DNA of 64,000 bases from Camelus ferus (taxonomy: Eukaryota): NCBI RefSeq assembly GCF_009834535.1, contig NC_045696.1:114950001-115014000 (forward strand), read 5' to 3'. The first letter of the stretch is position 1. Each line of letters begins with the position of its first letter. The notes beneath the pieces were generated by a model. The model ran no database searches, was not told where the DNA came from, and saw only the letters and a program-made list of their open reading frames with translations. The translations under genes were made by a program, and so were the position numbers. Positions 54,188 to 64,000 of the stretch are shown piece by piece.

Positions 54188-56013
54188 TCATATTTATAAT
54201 TTTATTTGCATCATCTCCCAGTAACAAATACCTACGATCATAATAATACCAATCTTTAAAAAATAAAAATAATTTCAACCCAAGATGCCTTTTGGGAAGT
54301 GAAAAGCAGTGTCAGTGGTTCTACAGTGTGTGGAATTTCAATGACCTATTAACCCTTTCTCTGAGATTTTGAAAGTATTTATCTTATACCCAGTTAACTA
54401 CAGTACTGTGCAGATATACCACCCCAGGGCCCTGGGTGCCAAGAAAAATATTCCATATGAATAGAATGACAAAATGTTTTTACTAATTCTTATTTTCACA
54501 CTCTGGTTTTCTAGTGAACATAGTTGCACTGACCCCTCACTAACCAAGTCTCAAACATCCCCCCATGTTCGTGGTATCTGCACACATACTAATTTTGAAA
54601 ATGCTTTGCATTGACTTTTTTAACTTTTTTTTTTAATGTTCAAAACTATTTTTGCTAAACATCAGGGTAATTTATTACAATTGTGTTAGATTTGATCTGA
54701 ACTTTTCATACAAGAAAGACTTTATCTTCCTTTCAATACAAATAAACCAAAGAGCATTTAAGAGGTTTTAAGTAAAATCTTTTGTTTGAAAGATGCTATA
54801 GGTTCATAATTTTATATTTTACTTTCTTTTTGGCAAAAATACACAGCATTTGTTTTTATTGTCCCTTCCAACCCGGTAGACTGATCCAGTATAAATACAT
54901 GCCTTTCATCATAACCTTCTGTTTCTAGAAATGTTCATAATTTAAATAATCATGGATCTTGACTTCATGCCAATTAAGTTTGTGCATCTAGGGATGGAAT
55001 TTTAATGAGGTATTTGAATGAGTTTTCACTGATATGATCTTTTGGCAGGGACATAATCAAAGTGAGAAAAGGTTTAATCTCGTATATTTTCATTTCTTCA
55101 ATATTTGAAAAAGACAGGTAAGACCGATCTCCCCCTAGAAAATGTTCAATAGAAACACTGAACAGAAGACAGGTTTAAGAACATTAAGATCAGCTACTTC
55201 CTAACACTTGAAGTCAAAGTGATTCATCTCAAAAATGTAATATGATGTGTCCACCCTCTGCCTTCAGGAAAATTAAAATAAGAAACACAGTGGCGATGTT
55301 TTGATGTGCTTGAATCAGGTAGTTTCAGAGAGCCTGCCCACCAAAATTCTGGAGCCGGCTTTGTTTTTTAAAAAGCCCCAAAACAAAAACAAACAAACCA
55401 GAAGAAGAGTGATTTCAAATGCGTTCAGTGTGAAACTGTGGGCTACATGTGTCTCCCTGTGACTGGACGGAGCCCAGTTCCCCAGAGGAAGAGGGTTTTA
55501 TTAACTAAATTCCTAACAGCTGCCTTGCAAGCATGAGCCTAGATAAACCAAAAAGCTGCAAATCTGTTCACCCGGCATGAAAGGCCACAGAATAGAAGCT
55601 GATTACTTTAGGGCTTGCGTTAATGTGACTGTGAATAAAAATAACCAACCAACAAATCCTTGCCTAATTTTAACAACTCCTGATGAGGAAATCGAAACAG
55701 ATGGATCATTATGAGGTGTGGGTCTATGATGAATTAGCATTGTGATCAAAGGCTGGGAGGATGGCCACGGTAGTAAGGGAGATGGAATGACTAATCCTTA
55801 CCAAGGAAGAGTTCTAATCTCTCTGTAGAAAAAACCAAGCATTTGATACTTTCATCCCAAATTGACAGAAACACAATAACCTTTGCATGAACAAAAGGAA
55901 CGGCAAAGGACTTTGGATTTACAGTTTCCTAAAGACAAAGCTTTTGATTGAAAAGGCTTCCCCAAAATAAAATGATATGAGCATTGGTTTGTAGAAATCC
56001 ACCTTTCCTATAG

Positions 56014-56549
56014 TGTTACTGAGTCCAAATTCTTTCTGCTCACTGCATGACAGGCCAATAAGTCGGGAGATAAAGTGTTGGGGCAAGGAATGATGACTTT
56101 ATTCGGAAAGCTGGCAGACCGAGAAGCTGGGGGACTGATGTTCTGGAGAACCATCTTCCCCAAGTCAGCATTCAGGCTCCTTTTATACTAAAAAGGGAGG
56201 GGTGTGGTTGGTTGTTGCAAACTTCTTGGTGTCAGAATTCTTTGTCCTTAGAATCCTTTGTTCTTGCAGCTGTCCACGTGGGTCAGGTCATGGTGCTCCT
56301 GTAAAACCTTCAACAAAACAAACATTATTTTCTATCCTGCAACTTGTTATCTTTATATGCGTACAAAAGTATTAATATCCTTAAAGGTCAGAGCCCTGAA
56401 AATAGGCTCTCCTGTATATTCCAGGCTGTAGGCAACATTCTTTTACAAAAGGTGCAGAGCCAGCAAGATTAAGCCCAGAAAGCAGGGCACAGGGTTAAGG
56501 CCAGAGGAACAGATCTAATATGGAGTCAGGCTTGTTCTTTTCTATTATG
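56014..56549 (-). mobile_element. ERV1-class solo LTR
   Basis: 536 bp; perfect TSD atag (56010-56013, 56550-56553); minus-strand AATAAA at ~56098, about 85 bp before the terminal CA. Confidence 0.88.
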
Positions 56550-57606
56550 ATAGGAATATGAAAAGCCATCACTTTAAGGATGGCAATAATACCTGGAAGA
56601 CAGTCAGTCATTTAGGAAGTGCTTTTCAATGCATTAGCAATAAGAAACTCAGAAATTCATGTAGGTAGGCTCCCTCTGACATGAGGTTTGGGAAGTGGAG
56701 TGTAATGAATTTTTCTAGTGAGTCGTTTCATACAACAGCAGCCATGTAACGAGAGGAAATAGTTTTATATGTAGAAAATAGAGCTACGAGAATTATATCC
56801 AGTAGGTCAAGGTCCCATTTATAAGGAAGACACCCTGCAACACTGCCTGGTGTCACTCTCCTCTCCCAGACCTTCCTTCACCCATGGTCATGAGGATTCT
56901 TTCTCCTGGTGAGAAGGTAGCCAATTATGCACACTTGGAGGAACATTGCCTCGCCATGAGAAGACTCAGTTTGGTTCAGTCGCTCTTCCAGAGGGCTTTT
57001 CTAGAACCCTGGTCCAGAGAGATTATCCTCTGGTCAGAAAAAGTGAGAATCCCTTCCAGGAAAGTGAACAATTTACTCTTTTCTTATCGTTTTTGCAATT
57101 CTGTTTGTCTCGAAACCAAGAGAGTTTAAGATCTTTCTGCATATTCTTGGTAGGGAGCCAAGTGCTATTTCAGAGGAGTGTTCAAGAGTCACGGGGCAAA
57201 TGATGGAGTAGGAATTTGGTCGACCTTATAACAGCTTTTCTGTAGCGGTAGCATAATTTCTCTCAGTATATTGTGAAATATAATATAATTAATTGAATTT
57301 TTTTTTCTTGTTTAGGTTCCAAAAGCGGGGGAGGGGGGGAGTTCTAATGGTATCCATTTCCTACTGATGCACAGTTAGACAACCATCTCCTGACTTCTGT
57401 GCACTAGAGAGCAATCTTCTGGATTGCTTTGAATGGCACCCAGCTTCCAGATCAAAGCATGACTGTTCAGTTTCCCCTGCACGTATCAGGGTGCATCCAT
57501 ACACCAATGGGAGGAACACTTCCCCTTTGAACATCAACAGGATGTAAGATTTCCATATCTTATCTCCCCAGATACCACAAGAGATGTCTTAAAAATTCAA
57601 GTCAAC

Positions 57607-57985
57607 TGTCGACTCTCTGAAAGCGCACTAGAAAAATCTGTTGATGAAGCCAAGCTAAGGTTATGAGAGCTCCTACAGCAAAGGAGTGTATCACTTAGAG
57701 TTAATAACGTCTCGGAGTAGGAAATCAGGGAAGGGCGTTCAACCAGTGGTCAGGACGGGGCTGGACAATTTTGACAGGTCTTGCAAGGCAGAGAAATGGG
57801 TTGATGGGGACAGCAAAGCAAGGTGAGTCTTAATAAGCAAACACTCTTGGTAAATAAGCTCTAGATGATTTACGGTCTTAGACTCCAGGAGCAAGTATTC
57901 TGTGGAGCATGAAACTAGGTTAATTTTGTTTAGTCTGAGTACTGTTTAACACAGAAATACGATCTTATTTTGGTTTCAACTCTCA
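57607..57985. mobile_element. Possible ancient LTR-like element
   Basis: Starts with TG; composition resembles the LTR-like segment at 826-1850; no TSD established. Confidence 0.3.
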
Positions 57986-58304
57986 TTAATTTTATTTCCA
58001 AAGTCCCAAATCACTCTCAAGTATGTTTTTAGTTTGATGTAGTCATAAATATCCATTTTACTATCTTCTATGGCTTCTGAGAAACTTAACAAGAGTGAGC
58101 ACACTGCAATTTTTTAGAAATCTCTTACAAAATACACGTCTCTCTAAACCTTGGCTTGATTTCCAAGTATGATAAATACCTACTTATTGATACACAGTAA
58201 ATCTTTCAGATCACTCTAATTTTGATAAAATAACTTGTTGGCGAATAGTGAAATAGGGAAACATTACATTAATTTGAATTTTAATGGAAGTAAAAATTGT
58301 ACAA

Positions 58305-58516
58305 TGCTAAGAGAGTAGACCTTAAATGTTCTTAACATACACACACACACACACAGACAGACATAAAAGGTAATTATGTGAGTTATTGGAAATGTTAACT
58401 AACCCTTTTGTGGTTATCATTTCTCAATGTATGCTTGTATCATATCATCATGTTGTACACCTTAAACTGATACAATGTTAGATGTCAGTTACACTTTAAT
58501 AAAGCTGAAAAATAAA
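58305..58516 (+). mobile_element. L1MA9/10-like 3' end with (CA)n insert
   Basis: 'tgctaagagagtagaccttaaatgttct...catcatgttgtacaccttaaact...aataaagctg'. Confidence 0.85.
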
Positions 58517-59641
58517 TACGATTCAGTCAAAATGTTAAAAAAAAACCAACAACTGTACAGCTTCTGCAATGTAGCTCTTTCAAAAGAATGCTAAAAAATG
58601 CTGAGCCCTTCCAATTTGTCCTGTTGAATGAGTCATGGGTATCATTTTAGATCATTTGATTCTCAAAACAACTTGACGAGGTGACTGTTAGGAATATGCC
58701 GGACCGCCAATACAAAACCTTAAGATCCTGTGATGGCAGAGTGAGAATGTGAACTCAAGTGTCCAGCCTCCACACAACTTAGCCTCATCACAGGGTGCAC
58801 AGTGTCACCGTGAAACCGGCAATCTACAAAACACGACATTTTCTTCGATTTCACTTAGAAGCTCAGCAATAAGTTTTACCACTATTTCTTATACCATGTA
58901 TTACATACGAAAACGAGAGCTAACGAGAGCACATCAAATTATTTTTTTAAGTTTATTTAAAAACAGCAATTTTGTTATGGTTGATAATTACCTAAATAGT
59001 TGCAGTTTTTAGAATCATTATTATTCACAAATCATTTTGCGTTTTAGAAGCTTCAATATTATGTCTAAGAGACTGTTAAACCTTATTATTTGAAAAACAC
59101 AGAAATTTCCCCTTTCTCCTCATTAGCATCCTCTCTCAACACATAGCACAGTCCAAACACTACACAGTTCTTTCTTGGGAATTTTAGAAAATACAGTGCA
59201 GTTTTTCAAATACTAATTAAAGATTATTATATTTATTTTTTTCTTTTAAACAAATGCATATAAATACTTAGCCATCAAACCTGATGAAAGTCTACAACTA
59301 AATGTAATTTAAAGCCTATTTACCCTACCTTTTGCAATTATGAGTCATATTTATTTTGTTCTGCAAATGCCATCATTTTCTCTTCAGGAAATATATGTAA
59401 CGTTCTGTGCGTTCACTCCTGCTTTCTCCAGCAAAAGCCTCTTTTGTTTCCCGTCCCTTAACCCATGTCCCACCCCAGGTTTCCACATCCAGATTTTGAC
59501 CTATCAATCATACCTGTTCATTCACACATGAATGTTATTATGCTTGAGAGGCAGTGATTACTGGTCTCTGAATGTGTTTTCGGATTGCTGGTTAGACTTT
59601 AAGAGACTTTTAACTCATTGCACTGGAGCAGTTATATATAA

Positions 59642-59782
59642 TTTTTTTTTTTACTTGAAGTATAGCTGATTTACTATGTTGTATTAGTTTCTGGTGTACA
59701 GCATAGTGATTCAGTTACTACATATATGTATTCTTTCTCATATTATTTTTCATTATAAGTTATTACAGGGTACTGGATATCA
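59642..59782 (-). mobile_element. LINE-1 3' end
   Basis: T-tail + 'gaagtatagctgatttactatgttgtattagtttctggtgtacagcatagtgattc'. Confidence 0.88.
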
Positions 59783-62317
59783 TTTTTTAAATAAAAATTT
59801 TAATAGTGTTCTGAAAGTAGTAAATTCCTTTTTTTTTTTTTTTTTTTTTTAGTATTTGTATTTTTAGCAGCAAGCAAAGGAGACAATGTTTAAAAGAGTT
59901 TAAAGTGCAAAAGCTCTCTGTATTTTGACATCTTAAAAGGTGGCTGAGCTGAGAAATTTCAAGGTGATTATTTTAACAGCTTTTAATAAGCAACTCTTAC
60001 CAATTTCAGAGACCTGACAACTCCATGGAACAGATGGGACCTACATAATAAACACATGGAACGGGTAGAATGTCTGGCAAACTTACCATTTCCAACAGTG
60101 AACTAAATGGCTGAATGCAACCCTGCAGCCACATCGCTCTTTGGGTGGCAGAGCAGTCCTACTGGAGAGTGAAATAGGACAGTAATGGTTCAGGAAGAAG
60201 GAAGACAACTGGAAGTGTGTGTATGTGAGTGTGTGTGTGTTAAATACATGTTTAACCCATAGCTAGTTGGGTCTACACACACTTGGAAATGCAGCAGTTA
60301 GCTAAACAGTATTAGTATCTGAAAATCAGCTTATACCTTTTCTCCAGCCATCTTTAGTTTTGTGTGTTAACTGTCAGGGGCTCAAAAGCAATTTCTTGTC
60401 CATTTCTTCTCCCACATGCAAAGAATGATGCATTATTCATAAAGACTTGCCCGTATATATTCTCATTTTTCCTTGTTGCATAGTACAGTCTCACTAGTAG
60501 TCCTGTTTTTCATTAAGGAAACTGAAACCCATTAAGTTTTAGTGATGTTTTAAAAAATAATTCTCGGAATTAAGTGTCTTCCTCCTCTACACACAGCGTC
60601 CTTTCTCCCTGACAATTACCACCAGGTCCTGCCGCAGGTACCCTTGGGAGATTGGGTGGTGACTTCAGGGCACTTCATTCAGAGCATTGAACAGGAGATT
60701 CCCAGGATGAAACAGAGTTTGAATGCCCATCAATTAACCTTCTCTTTTTTAAAATTTGACTAGGGAGCTCAATGTGCAGCTATATTTAGAGATAAAAGGA
60801 TCGTTTCAAAGATTCCGTGACCAGTAATGATTCCCACCTGCAAGAGGACACGTTTTCTAATGCTCTTATCAGCCATGTTTAGTCCCATTTTATCCCCACC
60901 TGACATAATGGAAAATGAAATGTTGCTGGATTCTCAGAACATCAGAGTTATTTTGTGTTATTAAACTGAATACTTGCTGCATACCAAAAAATAAAAAACG
61001 GAAAGTTGGGCACAGGGTGGGGGCTGTAGTATTTTGTGTGGTGACAGAATTCTGCCAAGTGGTTCCAAAAATAGGATGTGATTGCTTCCATATGCAATCC
61101 ATATTCCATTCGGATGAACTTCTATCTCACAGGACGTGGCCATTCTGTAGGAAGAGAAGTTATTTAAAGAACTTGAACATCTGTGTTTTCTACACATGAA
61201 CTATCGATGAGCAATTAACTCTTTGTTTAGACACTGAGATCTTTAGAGAAAAAAGTAGTTTAAATAATGGGACCTGCACCTCTGCTTTGTTTTACCATAT
61301 TAAAAAAATAGTTTGAGTTTTCTGTAACTTTCTAATAGGCTACAAAATTTGTGATTATTTGCTATATGAAATAGAGCTAGCCCATGGGAAAAATAAGCCT
61401 CCCATTCTGCAGTACAACTACCATTTTTTGCCAGCTGAAATTGTCATAACGTTGACACGTGGGTGGGTGTGTTTCTCAGGCCAAGGTTTTCGAAGGAGCT
61501 AAAATGATGCCTCACCATGTTAATAACCAGGATACTACGAGTTACGAAATCTAGGTGGAGATGGATTTGAGAACTTTGCCCCTGCTGTTTTCTTTCCATG
61601 AATCTTCTTCATCCCTCCAGAGTCTGGCCAAGTCTGTCTCTTTCACAAGACCTAATTTACAGGTTACATCCTATGTGAAGACCTCCCTCACCCCATGGAT
61701 AGTTCAGGCTTCCTTCACAGACCTTCAGTAATTTGAGAACTCAGCCCGTTACAATGTGTCCATTCCGCCTCCCCCCCTGCAGGTGATTTCTTTACAAACT
61801 GGGATTCTCAGCATTTATCCTCAAATGTTGAACGTCAACATTTGACATTCACGGTAGGCATCCGGAATTGTTTGTTAGAACAGACAAATGATATACAGCA
61901 TAACACCATTTTCAACAGAAAAGGCACTTGCTTCTTAGGTAATGTCAATAGGGCAGACTCTTTCCTGTTTCCAAGGCAGCTTTGCATCCTGCCATGACAT
62001 TTTTCTTTTCTTCACGATGTTTCATAATCCCCATCTAATTTTCAACCCATTCCGTTGCATCTTGCATTCCGGTCTTATCTTTCTTTTCTTGTTTCCAAAA
62101 GTTCTTGCTTTCCTAAAATATATTAAGAAAGTAAACAAATAACTTTTTCCCCAGTTTTTATCAGTACTATTTTAAACATATTTTTTTGCCTCTTCATGTT
62201 GAATATAATGTCCTCTGTTCTTTAAAATTTTTGCCCTTTCACAGGCCCCTTGTTGTTTTTATTTCCATGGTTTGTTTTCCTTCCATGAGAAAAAGTCTTT
62301 CTGGGCCTGTTGTTCCG

Positions 62318-62660
62318 GTTTTTTTTTCTTTTTTTAAATTTATTTTTATTGAATTACAGTTGATCTACAATTCTGTGTTAACTTCAGGTGTACAGCAAAG
62401 CAATTCAGTTATACATAAACATATACTTTTTTTTTCAGATTCTTTTCCATTACAGCTCATTACAAGAAATTGAATATAGTTCCCTGTGCTCTACAGTAGG
62501 TCCTTGTTGTTTATCTATTTTATATACAATAATGTGTGTCTGTTAACCCCAAACTCCTAATTTATCCCTTCCCCACTCTTTCCCCTTTGGTGACCATAGT
62601 TTGTTTTCTATGCCTGTGACCCTGTTTCTGTTTTGTAAATAAGTTCATTTGTCTTAACTT
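62318..62660 (-). mobile_element. LINE-1 3' end
   Basis: T-tail + L1 3'UTR to 'gtaaataagttcatttgt'. Confidence 0.9.
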
Positions 62661-63383
62661 TTGAACAGCCTGAGTCTCTGGCCAAACCTGTGGTTCCGGA
62701 GCCAAGGCTGGGCATGGGAAGAGAGGGGCGCTGGCCCACGGAAAGGAAATCAGAAGTAAGAGAAGAAAGCGGGGGCGAGAACTGGATCCACCCTGAAAGT
62801 TCTACAGCAAATGCTCGTCAGGCCGTAGGTGGTGGTGAAGACTGGAGGGGGGGGCGGTCATGTGGGGATCTCTTATTTAGGTCTTTGCCCCGGGGAGGGG
62901 GAGGGCAGAGCTTAAACTGTCCAAGAAAAAGCCCCACTGGGAAGCCAGCAGCTGAGAACCCGTAAGTCAAGGAGCAACACTGTGCCTCTTTCCATGTTCA
63001 TCTTCTGTCGGTGCTGGGCCAGCCAACACTGGCCCTGCGTGGAGGGGAGCTCACCACGGGCTTGGAGCGGAGAAGGAGCCTGTCATCACACTTAAACAGA
63101 TCAATGACAGTACAAACTAGCAGGTGCTTTGAAGAAGGAGGGAGCAAATGATTTGAAGGAAATAAAACTTGGGGGAGTACTGACAACCCTGCAGAGGAAA
63201 GGGTCATTTGCTGGGTTATGAGAGCCGAGCCTGTGGAGGGGAAGTGCCTTCTGTGTCGAAGGGGCTATATGCACAACACGGCATCCTATTTCAGGGCTGG
63301 AATCCACTTCCACAACATTTCTTCGTAGCTTTTTGTCCCAAGTCCTCGTGGTTCATATAACCTCCAGTTACATGGCTCCGCCC

Positions 63384-63516
63384 TTTTATTTATTTATTTA
63401 TTTGTTTGTTTGTTTGTTTATTATTGAAGTGTAGTTGATTTACAATGTTAGTTTCAGGTGTACAGCAAAGCAATTCAGTTATACATAAACATATACTTTT
63501 TTTTTCAGATTCTTTT
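63384..63516 (-). mobile_element. LINE-1 3' end (short)
   Basis: (TTTA)n/(TTTG)n tail + 'attgaagtgtagttgatttacaatgttagtttcaggtgtacagc'. Confidence 0.88.
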
Positions 63517-64000
63517 TTGTTTGTTTTCAGCCTTTTTGTTTTAAATTTCTTTTTTTAAAAAACCAGAAATTTGCAGTCTCCATTTAACATCTTGATCCTT
63601 TTGTTAAAATATAATTCCCAAAAGGTAAAATCATGATTGTCGGGCAAATACGGAACGAACCTGTGGAATCTTTTATGTCATTTAACCCATTAGTTAAAGA
63701 TACAAGAAGTAAGATGTCATGACTAAGTCAGAGAGCATCTGAAAAATTAGTTATATAGGACTATTTGACAAAGACATATTAGGTTAAGATAGTTGAGAAA
63801 AAATTTTTTTTAATTACTGGTTGGCGTCCAAAAGGCCATACATTTTGGAATTATCTGCTTCAGGAAAAAAAAAAAAAAAAACTTGGACCTCTTTGAGACA
63901 AAAATCATTAAGTGAACAAGTAAACCGGTGACTTCGCTAAGTTTGAGACTCTTAATCGACCGTAAATCAGTGCTGAGCTGAGCATATTCCTGTAGATTGT

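Noticed and set aside
57295..57360. Acceptor-like tttttttcttgtttag|G on the + strand
   Set aside because: No convincing downstream donor or coding-like frame found
1405..63313. The many 60-130 aa ORFs in the track
   Set aside because: No recognisable domains; many begin at non-ATG codons or lie in LTR/L1/MIR sequence; lengths are as expected by chance
1..64000. A novel multi-gene system (CRISPR, defence island, operon, retron)
   Set aside because: Sequence is mammalian repeat-rich non-coding DNA; no regularly spaced repeat-spacer array and no intact enzyme genes

Overview
Mammalian, AT-rich, essentially non-coding DNA. Three tRNA-derived SINEs of the Vic-1 type point to a camelid genome (recognised from memory, not searched). 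The window is a mosaic of interspersed repeats: a 3-kb 5'-truncated dead LINE-1 (36962-40002; source of the only protein-like ORFs), about ten short L1 3' ends, ancient L1M/L2/MIR remnants, four ERV1-class solo LTRs (three with clear 4-bp target-site duplications, TSDs), a MaLR LTR, a MER58-type hAT element and a MADE2-type mariner MITE. No host protein-coding exon could be recognised. The best host-gene signal is a candidate + strand TATA promoter/alternative first exon (31.1-31.3 kb) ending ATG CTG TTG G|GTAAGT. The minus-strand bias of the LTRs fits an intron of a + strand gene. I found no evidence for a novel multi-gene system. The notable observations are small: candidate regulatory motif clusters and several templated-mutation scars (gene-conversion-like tract, fold-back insertion, clustered 3-bp duplications). 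Boundaries of old repeats are approximate and family names need RepeatMasker confirmation.
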